From contig JAISPR010000035.1 in assembly GCA_031274765.1 (NCBI GenBank), positions 12,351 through 76,350 on the forward strand: 64,000 nucleotides of DNA. The letters are read 5' to 3'. This DNA is from Nitrososphaerota archaeon. Its GTDB lineage: Archaea > Thermoproteota > Bathyarchaeia > Bathyarchaeales > Bathycorpusculaceae. Made by a program: the position numbers and the translations under genes. The stretch's first letter is position 1. Every line of letters begins with the position of its first letter. Below, piece by piece: positions 46,362 to 58,601 of this stretch. Under the pieces are notes generated by a model that was given only the letters and a program-made list of their open reading frames with translations, did not search any database and had not been told where the DNA came from.

Positions 46362-47288
46362 GTGAATTATGTGGAAAAAAGCCCGTTAAACATAAACCTG
46401 GCCAGCCTACAATTACCCAACCCCACCATGCTAGCATCAGGCATCATGGGATATTCCGCCGAATCCTTCACACAAATAGCTAAAGGCGGCGCAGGCGCAA
46501 TTGTTACCAAATCAGTGAGCACCACCCCCCGAACGGGCTATACAAACCCAATTGTAGTACAAACAAACACAGGCCTACTAAATGCTGTAGGCCTACCAAA
46601 CCCAGGCATCGACAGTTTCACACAAGAAATCAAATACACAAAAACACTCATACACATACCTCTAATTGTCAGCATCTTTGGCTATACTGCAAAAGATTAC
46701 TCAACAACAGCCAAAAAAGCAACAGAGGCAGGTGCAGACGCAATAGAACTCAACGTCTCATGCCCCCACGTAAAACAAACTGGCGCTGAAATCGGACAAA
46801 ACCCCAAACTACTCACCGAAATAATACAACAAGTTAGAACCACCACCAAAAAACCGCTCATCGTCAAACTATCACCCAATGTCACAAACATAACAACCCT
46901 TGCACAAACCGCAGTAGACGCAGGCGCAGACGCACTCACCGCCATCAACACACTAAAAGCATTAGCAATTGACAGCGAAACACAATTACCCATATTGAGC
47001 AATATAAAAGGCGGCCTATCAGGCCCAGCAATAAAACCCGTGGCACTACGGTGCGTCTACGATATTGCTGAAACAATCAAAATTCCAATAATAGGCTGTG
47101 GAGGCATCTCAAACTGGCAAGACGCGATTGAATTTTTCCTGGCAGGAGCAACAGCGATACAAATTGGAACTGCAGTAGCCAATGACATGAACGTCTTCCA
47201 AACTATAACTAAGGGTGTGGACACATATTTGAGACAAAAACATTATAGGAGCATAGAAGAAATTGTTGGACTCGCACATCGCAAATAA
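46362..47288 (+). CDS. pyrD: dihydroorotate dehydrogenase 1B, catalytic subunit
   Basis: NAVGLPNPG, ELNVSCPH and GGISNWQDAIEF motifs. GTG start. Confidence 0.9.
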   Translation: MNYVEKSPLNINLASLQLPNPTMLASGIMGYSAESFTQIAKGGAGAIVTKSVSTTPRTGYTNPIVVQTNTGLLNAVGLPNPGIDSFTQEIKYTKTLIHIPLIVSIFGYTAKDYSTTAKKATEAGADAIELNVSCPHVKQTGAEIGQNPKLLTEIIQQVRTTTKKPLIVKLSPNVTNITTLAQTAVDAGADALTAINTLKALAIDSETQLPILSNIKGGLSGPAIKPVALRCVYDIAETIKIPIIGCGGISNWQDAIEFFLAGATAIQIGTAVANDMNVFQTITKGVDTYLRQKHYRSIEEIVGLAHRK

Positions 47289-48081
47289 CACCCTGAGAAC
47301 CACACAAATAATAAACATACAAATTGAAAGCCCAACTGTTAAAACATACACTTTTATGGATAAACTATGCAGTAAAGCAAGGCCAGGTCAGTTTTTGATG
47401 CTATGGATCCCGGGTATAGACGAGATACCCCTAAGCATCATGAATGCCTCGGATGATTTAGTTTCAGTTTCAGTTAAAGCCATCGGAGACGCAACACGTC
47501 ATCTGCACACTTTTGAGGCGGGCGCAACGGTAGGCATACGTGGGCCATTTGGCAATGGCTTCACTGAGAACCAAGGCAGGAGTCTTTTGATCAGCGGCGG
47601 AACAGGAACGGCACCTTTGCTGTTTTTAGCAAAGCGACTAATACCAAAAGCCAAACACCTCACCTTTGTAGAGGGTGCTAAAACTAAAACTGAATTGCTC
47701 TTTATCAATGAACTTAACAAAGTATGTCAAGAAAAAAACATTCTAACCACCACTGAAGACGGCACTGCAGGTCTGCAATGCCTTGTTACACGACCACTAA
47801 TAGATTTGCTTGATAGAGAACCCTATGATATGATCTATACTTGTGGGCCAGAGATTATGGTTAAAAAAATTTTTGAACTAACAGAGCAATATAAACTGCC
47901 CATGGAAGCAAGTTTGGAACGATTAATGCGATGCGGCATCGGTTTATGTGGAAGTTGCATGATTGGCAAGTACCGAGTTTGCCGTGACGGTCCAGTATTT
48001 ACGACAACTCAACTACGAGAAGTTAAGGATGAATTGGGAATTTCAAAGATGGGATTTGATGGGGCGCGCATACCGATATAG
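47263..48081 (+). CDS. pyrK: dihydroorotate dehydrogenase electron-transfer subunit
   Basis: FAD/NAD-binding pattern GGTGTAPL and the C-terminal 2Fe-2S motif CGIGLCGSCMIGKYRVCRDGPVF. TTG start overlapping the pyrD end. Confidence 0.85.
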   Translation: MLDSHIANNTLRTTQIINIQIESPTVKTYTFMDKLCSKARPGQFLMLWIPGIDEIPLSIMNASDDLVSVSVKAIGDATRHLHTFEAGATVGIRGPFGNGFTENQGRSLLISGGTGTAPLLFLAKRLIPKAKHLTFVEGAKTKTELLFINELNKVCQEKNILTTTEDGTAGLQCLVTRPLIDLLDREPYDMIYTCGPEIMVKKIFELTEQYKLPMEASLERLMRCGIGLCGSCMIGKYRVCRDGPVFTTTQLREVKDELGISKMGFDGARIPI

Positions 48082-48663
48082 CAATCCAATTGTTAGGTGA
48101 CATCAAAAATTGTATGTGCCATAACCATATAACCCGGTGAAATCAACATCATTATTTTTATAAAGATTACAGGGTCAATTAAAAATAGATAGGGTTGATA
48201 AGAGGAATTATGGGGAAGATTGGGTAGTTAGGTTTAGGCAGTATGAGTGATGGGCGCTATTTAGAGGAGGAAAGGTAATTTTGGGTTTTTATGATGGATG
48301 CTTATAGGAGGGGAAAGTCTGGCTTGTTAGCAGATTTTGTTGCGGAAACTCTTTATATGGGCGTATAAAAAATTACATAGCGTTGAAAAAATTTACAGGG
48401 TAAGGGAATTGGAGAGACCTATCAACAAAGCAAATTGTGCCTATGGCGATATTTGCCGCATTATTCCATACCGTCACTCAATTGTTACACCGCTATTTCA
48501 GGGGTTAGAAAAGATAGGGGTTTCTGTAGCGAATATAATAGCCTTACCAGGGGTGATACAAATTATAGTCTTGCAACTAGTTCGTCACAGGGGGTTAAAA
48601 CAAGATACTCAGAGCAATCTGTTGGTAGCTATAGAGCAAGGTTGTAGCACCCAACCATTTAAT

Positions 48664-48678
48664 GTAAAATATTAAACG
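48664..48678 (+). promoter_or_regulatory. TATA-box-like element upstream of folE (leaderless-type spacing)
   Basis: GTAAAATATTAAACG centred ~23 nt upstream of ATG 48694. Confidence 0.3.
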
Positions 48679-48693
48679 ATAAAGTGTGTACAG

Positions 48694-49248
48694 ATGATCG
48701 ATAAAAAAAGAATCGAAAATGCAATAAAAGAGATCTTGTATGCGATTGGTGAGAACCCTGAACGGGAAGGGCTAATTGAAACACCTGCGAGAGTAGCTGA
48801 CATGTATGCAGAAATATTTGCCGGTTTAGATGCCAATCCAAAAGGTTGCACCAAAATTTTTTATGAACCGGAAAACAGTGGTCTTGTTATTGTAAAAGAT
48901 ATACCGTTTCAATCTATATGTGAGCACCATTTGATACCGTTTATAGGAAAAGCATGTATAGCCTATAGGCCTGACAGTGGACGAATATTGGGTCTTAGTA
49001 AAATAGCGCGGATAATTGACATTCTATCAGGAAGACCGCAACTACAAGAAAGACTTACTGCACAAATAGCTGAAACAATAATGGAAATTGTTGATCCTAA
49101 AGGCGTGTATGTCTATGTTGAAGCTGAACACTTATGTATGACAATGAGAGGGGTAAAAAAACCTGGAGCTAAAACCGTTACCACTTGCACAAAGGGGGAT
49201 ATCAACGAGATTGATATAGCTACCGTGAGGGGCGGTAATTATAGTTAG
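48694..49248 (+). CDS. folE: GTP cyclohydrolase I (FolE type)
   Basis: [32 protein letters not shown] and [11 protein letters not shown]. Confidence 0.9.
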   Translation: MIDKKRIENAIKEILYAIGENPEREGLIETPARVADMYAEIFAGLDANPKGCTKIFYEPENSGLVIVKDIPFQSICEHHLIPFIGKACIAYRPDSGRILGLSKIARIIDILSGRPQLQERLTAQIAETIMEIVDPKGVYVYVEAEHLCMTMRGVKKPGAKTVTTCTKGDINEIDIATVRGGNYS

Positions 49249-49255
49249 CACTAGA

Positions 49256-50506
49256 TTGGTTTATCCAAAAAATATAGATGATGCAATAAAAGAAATATGT
49301 AAAATAGAAACCGATGTTAGCATTATACGGGGTATTGCTTCTAGAGCGGTTTATCTTTGTATTCATATAGAGGATGTTCCATATTATGTTACAAGTATGC
49401 TTAAGCAAGAAATGGCAAATTGTGGTGGTGAAGTGATTGTTCAGAAAGATTTACTTATGGATTCGTTGGAAAATACAAATGCGTTCATTATGGGTAATTT
49501 GGCTCAGATTAATGAAATGCTTGCAAGACTTGGGTCACATTCAGAAGTGTCATCAGAGATAATTTCCAAAATACAACTGGTCATACAGAGTGTTGATGAG
49601 AAAAAAACAACGTATTATTGTTGCAGAGGACATAAATTTGAAATTGGTAAAAAAACATATCTTATGGGTATTTTGAACATTACAGCTGATTCATTTTCTG
49701 GCGATGGGCTTTTATCAGGAGGACCAAGTGCTCCATTTAAAGAAACAATCAACCAACAAGTCAGGGGGATAAATATTGGTGATAGCGAGGCAATTATTGA
49801 AGCGGCATGTCGTAGAGCTGAGACAATGGTTGCCAATGGTGCAGATATAATTGATGTGGGGGGCGAATCTACAAGGCCAGGATATAGGGTCATAGATGAT
49901 AGAGAAGAATTAGACAGAATTTTGAGTGTTGTTGAAAGATTGGTTAAAACGCTTAATGTGCCAATTTCGGTTGATACTTCAAAATTGTATGTTGTAGAAA
50001 ATGTGCTCAGCGCAGGGGCTCATATTATTAATGATGTCAGTGGATTGATAAAAGAACCTCAAATTGCCAAATTGGCGGCTTCATATGGGGCTGGAGTTAT
50101 TGCCATGCACAATCCAGACCGGTCTATTGAGGGGGATCTTTTGGGTCAGATTATTAAGACTTTGAGAAAAAGTGTTGATATAGCCATAAGTGCAGGGTTA
50201 AAACAGGAGAATATTATTTTAGATCCAGGTATAGGGTTTGGGGTAACTTTGGAGCAAAATTTAGAGATTGTACGTAGACTTGATGAGCTTAAATGTCTTG
50301 GATACCCGGTTTTGTTGGGGACTTCAAGAAAGTCCATGATAGGTAAGGTTCTTGGGCTTCCGGTAAATGAGCGTGTTGAGGGTACTGCGGCTACTGTTGC
50401 GCTTGGAATTGCTAAGGGGGTTGATTTTGTGAGGGTGCATGATGTTGGTGAAATGTATAGGGTTGTAAAGATGAGTGATGCCATAGTTAGGGATAGGTAT
50501 GGGTGA
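49256..50506 (+). CDS. folP: dihydropteroate synthase with a ~130-aa unassigned N-terminal domain
   Basis: The pterin-binding domain begins at YLMGILNITADSFSGDG, followed by IIDVGGESTRPG and GTSRKSMIG. TTG start. Confidence 0.85.
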   Translation: MVYPKNIDDAIKEICKIETDVSIIRGIASRAVYLCIHIEDVPYYVTSMLKQEMANCGGEVIVQKDLLMDSLENTNAFIMGNLAQINEMLARLGSHSEVSSEIISKIQLVIQSVDEKKTTYYCCRGHKFEIGKKTYLMGILNITADSFSGDGLLSGGPSAPFKETINQQVRGINIGDSEAIIEAACRRAETMVANGADIIDVGGESTRPGYRVIDDREELDRILSVVERLVKTLNVPISVDTSKLYVVENVLSAGAHIINDVSGLIKEPQIAKLAASYGAGVIAMHNPDRSIEGDLLGQIIKTLRKSVDIAISAGLKQENIILDPGIGFGVTLEQNLEIVRRLDELKCLGYPVLLGTSRKSMIGKVLGLPVNERVEGTAATVALGIAKGVDFVRVHDVGEMYRVVKMSDAIVRDRYG

Positions 50507-51456
50507 TGGTGTGTATGGATAAGATATTAGTTGTAGGTGTAAAAGCTTGGGGAAAGCATGGGGTTTTGGGGTTTGAGAAGGAATATGCTCAGGCTTTTAC
50601 GGTTGATGTGGAGATAGGGGCAGATATTTCGAAGTCTTGTTTGAGTGATGATTTAGAAGACACTATTAATTATGCGGGTGTTTATGACATAATAAGGTCG
50701 GTTATTGAGGCTCAGAGTTTTGCACTTGTTGAACGACTTTCTTATGTAATTATAGAGAAAATTTTTGCATTTGATTCACGTATACAGAGAATTAAAATCC
50801 GGATTATTAAAAATAAGGCGCCCTTAGAGGGTCAAATAGATGGTGTGGGGGTAGAAATTGAAAAAAACAGAACGCCAGATTGGATACAGCCCCTGGCGGC
50901 AAAAACAGATAGCACCCCAAGCAGTAGCCCCAAAATGGGTTTGCAAACAGAAAAAAAGGGCAGGTATAAAACGGTACTATCTTTGGGTTCAAACATCGGT
51001 GACAAAAAACAAAACATCCAAACCGCAATAGAAATGTTAACCGAATCAGAGAACATAATTGTATTGAATAAATCCAAATTATATGAAACCGAACCTGTGG
51101 GCTATATTGAACAGGAAAATTTTTATAATGCCGCAATTCTTGTTGAAACAGTTTTGAATCCTTTTGAATTGTACAATAAAATCAAAGATATTGAAAATAA
51201 TTTAGGTCGAAAAAAAACTTTTAAATGGGGGCCAAGACCCATAGATATTGACATAATAGCATATGAAGGTTGCATAATTAATACAAAAGGATTGACTGTA
51301 CCACATAAAGAATACATGCAAAGAGCATTTGTCCTAAAACCCATCTCAGATATGCCCGACGCCATAGAAATAACAGGCCTAAACATGACACTTATAGAAA
51401 AAATGACCTGCTGCGCAAATGATTATCAAGGCATAAAATACATCGGCCCACTATAA
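50503..51456 (+). CDS. folK: fused dihydroneopterin aldolase (FolB) / HPPK (FolK)
   Basis: N-terminal FolB-like ILVVGVKAWGKHGVLGFEKEYAQAF. C-terminal HPPK pattern LSLGSNIGDK...LYETEPVGY...WGPRPIDIDII. Confidence 0.85.
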   Translation: MMVCMDKILVVGVKAWGKHGVLGFEKEYAQAFTVDVEIGADISKSCLSDDLEDTINYAGVYDIIRSVIEAQSFALVERLSYVIIEKIFAFDSRIQRIKIRIIKNKAPLEGQIDGVGVEIEKNRTPDWIQPLAAKTDSTPSSSPKMGLQTEKKGRYKTVLSLGSNIGDKKQNIQTAIEMLTESENIIVLNKSKLYETEPVGYIEQENFYNAAILVETVLNPFELYNKIKDIENNLGRKKTFKWGPRPIDIDIIAYEGCIINTKGLTVPHKEYMQRAFVLKPISDMPDAIEITGLNMTLIEKMTCCANDYQGIKYIGPL

Positions 51457-51558
51457 CCACAAACCAACCAAACCCATAAAAATTCACCACCAACATCAAC
51501 ACCTAAAAACCACAAAAACACAAAAACACACATAAAACAAACCGACAAACACCACACA

Positions 51559-53118
51559 TTAAAATAAAACACCATCCTGAACATAACCCTTAGCAGTTTT
51601 TAACGCTATCTCAGCTTTTGTCAACTCTTTGCCAAGATAAGCAGCATGCTCTAAACTTGATACCAACCCCAACTCTAAAATTTTTGCATAAACCACACTA
51701 GCCGTTCTACCCTTAATAATATTAACAGGCTCAGATAAATCAAAAACAGAATAATGAACAGCAACTAACAAACGCCTATCAGAATCTATAAAAATCCTAA
51801 AAACCCCCAAACAATCAAGGGTAACAGACTCAACTTTTTCAGAGACAACAACAAGATCCTTAACATCCAACTCTATAGCCTCATCATAGGGTTCCCCATA
51901 AACGCGCTTATCTTTAAAAATCAAAAGGTCAACACCAAGATCTTTGGGAACAGACCCACGATATTTAGCCAAAAACATCATTTTCGCCGCAACAACCTCT
52001 TCAAAAACAGTACCTTTAGCCTTAACACTCTTCTCAGTTGCCAAAAGAATACACCCACCCACTTCAGCAGAAAGACGAGTCAACACAGCATTTAACCCCA
52101 CAGAATCAGCATCAAATAACTCAGTCACATTAGAAACACCCACAAACAAAGGCACCTCAGGATTTCGCAACGCAAACTCTTTGAAAGCTATAAAAGAATT
52201 AAGAATTTCCTGTGGATCTAAAATCAAGTCAGCTATGAGACGATTCACACCAAGACCGCGCGCTTTAACAATAATTTCCTCAAGAAACCGCACACGTTCC
52301 AAAACAGTTTTTGGAAAATAACCCAAGCGCTGGTTTGTGGGTATGACAACAACTGCAACATTTTTGACATAGGGCGCTATGGCTTCGATATTACCGGCAT
52401 CAGCACTCAAAACCAGTTGTACACCTGCTTGCACCGCCGCTTTAATCTCTTCAGGATCAAGTGTATCAATACTTACTGACAAATCAGTGACTTCTCTAAC
52501 CCATTGTACCAACTGAGTTACTTTTTCAGGCCAAGATTCTCCTGCAACCATACCTATATCAATAAAATCGGCACCGTCTAATGCAAAACGTTGAGCGATT
52601 TTTTGAATAGATTTCTTGTCCATTAATGCGGCATCTACGATTTCAGCAAGCACCCGTATGGGGAAATCTTTGCCGATGGCAACCTCGCCCACTAACATAT
52701 TGCCAGGTCTTTGGAGCAAAATATTGCGTTTATTTTCGATTTTTTCTATATCTGCTAAAGCCTTCTGGGTCAGTTTTTCCTGTAACAATTCGTCTGCGGG
52801 TATAGTAGTTGAGAGTTCTATTTCGCAGAGCATATCAAGCACTATTGGAAGGTCAGCAGCATACCGAGGGCCTTTAAAGGCAGGAACACCAACGGCTTGA
52901 GTAATATCAGCGGTGTTACCTCGGAGTAATCCAGGAGTCAAAATATGGGTAAAATCAGAGAGGGTTTTGTCTTTTAAACCGTTGATGATTGATTGGGGTG
53001 TTAAAAATGCCGCAACGGCAGTTTTTAGGGGAATAATTTCTGTTTTAACTTGACTTTGTTTAGCGTATGTAGCAAGGGCTTCTGATGCTAGCTGTCCAGT
53101 GACCAAGAGCACCTTCAT
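51559..53118 (-). CDS. archaeal dihydropteroate-synthase-related protein (methanopterin-type, MJ0301-like) with a C-terminal extension
   Basis: 519 aa. Central pterin-binding-like TIM segment (GADFIDIGMVAGE...SIDTLDPEE...). Adjacent to RFAP synthase. Confidence 0.75.
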   Translation of the reverse strand: MKVLLVTGQLASEALATYAKQSQVKTEIIPLKTAVAAFLTPQSIINGLKDKTLSDFTHILTPGLLRGNTADITQAVGVPAFKGPRYAADLPIVLDMLCEIELSTTIPADELLQEKLTQKALADIEKIENKRNILLQRPGNMLVGEVAIGKDFPIRVLAEIVDAALMDKKSIQKIAQRFALDGADFIDIGMVAGESWPEKVTQLVQWVREVTDLSVSIDTLDPEEIKAAVQAGVQLVLSADAGNIEAIAPYVKNVAVVVIPTNQRLGYFPKTVLERVRFLEEIIVKARGLGVNRLIADLILDPQEILNSFIAFKEFALRNPEVPLFVGVSNVTELFDADSVGLNAVLTRLSAEVGGCILLATEKSVKAKGTVFEEVVAAKMMFLAKYRGSVPKDLGVDLLIFKDKRVYGEPYDEAIELDVKDLVVVSEKVESVTLDCLGVFRIFIDSDRRLLVAVHYSVFDLSEPVNIIKGRTASVVYAKILELGLVSSLEHAAYLGKELTKAEIALKTAKGYVQDGVLF

Positions 53119-53120
53119 GA

Positions 53121-54092
53121 CTATACCTCAACTTTGATTACTGCACCTTGGTTGTTAGCTTTGGCGATAAAGGCTTCTCCACCGGCGCCATTTTTGAGGT
53201 GTGTTTTGACTTTAGCCAAAAATGTATTGGCGTCATTTTGTTTTACAATAGCATATAGTGCGGGCCCCCAAGAGCTTTGCCCCACTCCATATGCTCCAGT
53301 TTGTGTCATGAATTTGATACACTCTGTAGCAATTGAGCTAGCATAAATTCCACCCTGGGCTGCAGCGAGGTGATTTCCTGTTAAAATTTGGATTTTTGTG
53401 AGTGCATCCCCAAAGCTTTCGATATCATGTTCGGTTAATGCAGGTAATAGTTTGAGCATAATTAATCGGCAAATCTGACCTACATTTTGGGCGGGCATGA
53501 TTGTGAGTTTATCAAAAGCATACTGTTCTTCAGCGTTTGCTAACCCTTTGGGTTGGTTTGGGGAAGCAACAATAAAGCGCCATGTTTCAGGGAAGGGGTG
53601 ATGGAAAATTAACGGTGGAGCGGTTGTTGGAGTTTTCTGGTTTTTGCCGCCGTCTACAACAAACCCGCCATATTGGAAGATACTTGTGCCAACACTTGTC
53701 CGCTTTGCGCGTCCAACGATTTCTGCAAGTTCGGGCACAGAAGCATTGATGTGGGAGATTTTTGCGAGTGCCACTGCAATAGATAGGGCAAACTGGGTTC
53801 CTGAACCTAACCCGGTATGGCAGGGAATCGTCTCAATAATATCGAGATGTACCTTGGGAGAGATATTGTTGTATTTTGTGAAAAACCGTTCAGTTACTGC
53901 TTTGGCAAGAGAGGTTTTTTTGCCGGTAATTTTGAGGCTGTCAGCAGTTTGGGCTTTGATTATGACATTTGGGTGATCTATACCAACGCCTAAACCACCA
54001 AATAAACGCCCCATTTCACCGTTCATGTCGATTAGGCCCAGGTGGAGTCTTGCAGGAGTTTTGATATAGATGTTTATGGTTTTTGCCTCCAC
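53121..54092 (-). CDS. beta-ribofuranosylaminobenzene 5'-phosphate (RFAP) synthase, GHMP-kinase fold
   Basis: PARLHLGLIDMNGEMGRLFGGLGVGI and HTGLGSGTQFALS motifs. Confidence 0.85.
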   Translation of the reverse strand: MEAKTINIYIKTPARLHLGLIDMNGEMGRLFGGLGVGIDHPNVIIKAQTADSLKITGKKTSLAKAVTERFFTKYNNISPKVHLDIIETIPCHTGLGSGTQFALSIAVALAKISHINASVPELAEIVGRAKRTSVGTSIFQYGGFVVDGGKNQKTPTTAPPLIFHHPFPETWRFIVASPNQPKGLANAEEQYAFDKLTIMPAQNVGQICRLIMLKLLPALTEHDIESFGDALTKIQILTGNHLAAAQGGIYASSIATECIKFMTQTGAYGVGQSSWGPALYAIVKQNDANTFLAKVKTHLKNGAGGEAFIAKANNQGAVIKVEV

Positions 54093-54751
54093 AAAGTGAT
54101 TTGTTTTTGTAGGTCAGATAGTATTGTGGTGTAGATACTGTTTGGCGCCACACGTTCCACAACATCTGTGCAATCGTGAATTTTTTCCATTAACTGGATG
54201 ATTTCTGTTTGTTTTTGGGGTTTGTTGAGGTAGGTTTCTATGCGGGTGCCATGTATAACTGCTTCAAGTGTTAGTGTAGCTGCACGGCTGTAGAGTTGTG
54301 GATGCATTGACTGTGAAGTGGTGTGTTCTATTTTGCAGGTAACTTTTGTTTTTTCAGTGTCTAATGGTTTGAAATCTATAACTGAAACTTCAAGGGTGAG
54401 ATTTGCAACTCGGAGCTTTGGGGCTTCTACAAATTCGGCTTGAACAAACCAGTGGGCCATATTTTTGTTTGGGAGTTTTGTTTTTTTAAAGGCGGATTTG
54501 TAAAAGATTTCTATGTCATCAGTAAAATTTATAACGGCACATTTTTGGGTTTTCAAATTCTGCAACGTTGTTGAGGAGTTAAAGATAGTCAGATTCAAGT
54601 ATTTGTCATCTATCAGTTTTATACCCATAGGTGCCGCGTTTGGTGTTTTGTCAGGATTTGAGGTTGAGACAATGGATTCATAGATGACAGCTTTTTTGAA
54701 CCCGAACTCGGATAGTTTTTCTTTTACATCAGCCTGGAACCGCGCAGTCAT
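54074..54751 (-). CDS. DUF447-family (split-barrel flavin-binding-like) protein
   Basis: YESIVSTSNPDKTPNAAPMG pattern. 19-nt overlap with the RFAP synthase start. Start taken at ATG 54751. Confidence 0.7.
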   Translation of the reverse strand: MTARFQADVKEKLSEFGFKKAVIYESIVSTSNPDKTPNAAPMGIKLIDDKYLNLTIFNSSTTLQNLKTQKCAVINFTDDIEIFYKSAFKKTKLPNKNMAHWFVQAEFVEAPKLRVANLTLEVSVIDFKPLDTEKTKVTCKIEHTTSQSMHPQLYSRAATLTLEAVIHGTRIETYLNKPQKQTEIIQLMEKIHDCTDVVERVAPNSIYTTILSDLQKQITLWRQKP

Positions 54752-55076
54752 GAATAGCCCCTTTAAACGAATGTAAAATTTTATAATTAAATAATAAAAG
54801 TTTTGCCACATAACCCCCAGACTATCCGAAAACTATCTAAAAATTTGAGCAGATAAGAGAGAATCAGAGACCCATAAAAAGATGTACTCTTAATCCATCA
54901 TAATTTATATAAAAACATGATCACAACCACATAAGCAAACAATCAAAATCAATCATTCACAACTATCAGACAGCACATTTTCAGGTATACTTTTTATACC
55001 AGCACACAATCGCACCCAAATGGGGCGATTCATAAAAAATAAACTATTTCGCCACCATAATTTCTGATACATTCTA

Positions 55077-57743
<2,667 letters not shown>

Positions 57744-58601
57744 TACGGTCGGGGCGTCTAATTCGTACCAGTTAATGTGATCCTGTTTTCTGTTTTCTAT
57801 ATTATTTCAACCCTTCTATACTTAACTCAATATACATTTGAAGCGCCCACAAATGGAAATTATTTTTTATAAACTGTGCTATATATCGGCTTTCCCCCAC
57901 ATACACAATTATTTCCATAATTTATAACCGATATCTTGGGTCCTCTTTCAAAACAACTTCTTTAGCATTAAAGGGACAAGCAATATCGCCATTTATACTG
58001 GGTAAGAGCATTAATTATGACGGGAGCATTTTATTATTTTCCAACATACCCATATAAGTTTTTCGTTATTTTTCTTTTAATATCACAAACATATAAAAAC
58101 CACAGGTATGTTGTGTGAAACTGTTTGTTTTTACACAACCCACATCATTTATTTGAGAGTGAACATTCAAGATACAAAACAACAATTAAGCACGCTACAA
58201 AGTTTTTGGCAAAAACCCTTAATTTGCAGGCCAGCACAACCAAATATTCAAACAAGAAACACACTATTTGAAAAGACAAAATTCAGAAACATTGTGTTTA
58301 ACGATTATGATTTGGCGGTTAAAGTAAACCGTAGCCCTAAAAGACAAATACTATGCGTCAATACTAAATCCATACAATGAGAAAAACGAGATACACTTGT
58401 CTAAATGAGAAAAACTCAGCACCTTCGACTAAACCATATAGATGAATAGACCTTAGGCGTTATTAGTGTTTAGTGGTAGAGCGCGTATTTTGTTGGCAAG
58501 TTATTGTGACATTTATGTTTTAAGTGTATGTTTTTTGAATAATTTGGATAACGCACACTTGTTTTAGAATCGACAAATAATAACACCTAAGGTCTAATTA
58601 A

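Noticed and set aside
48307-48323. GAGGGGAAAGTCTGGC, reminiscent of the RNase P RNA CR-I/P4 motif (GAGGAAAGUCCGGGC), plus GGTAAGGGAA and GAGCAAGG words downstream in the 600-bp spacer before folE.
   Set aside because: I could not find the complementary P4 3' strand (ACAGAA..GCCAG-CTT) or a closing P1 helix. The matches are short words in a purine-rich region. It needs an Infernal scan before any claim.
48337-48675. 112-aa ORF in the pyrK-folE spacer.
   Set aside because: No motif, odd composition, a TTG start and no signals. Possibly real, but I cannot support it.
58108-58380. 90-aa ORF in the ATPase/TrpD-like spacer.
   Set aside because: AC-rich low-complexity translation with no signals or motifs.
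58457-58490. tRNA-like D-arm string (GTTTAGTGGTAGAGCGCG).
   Set aside because: No acceptor pairing, anticodon arm or T-arm (no GGTTCRAATCC-like sequence) can be built around it. It is likely chance or an old fragment.
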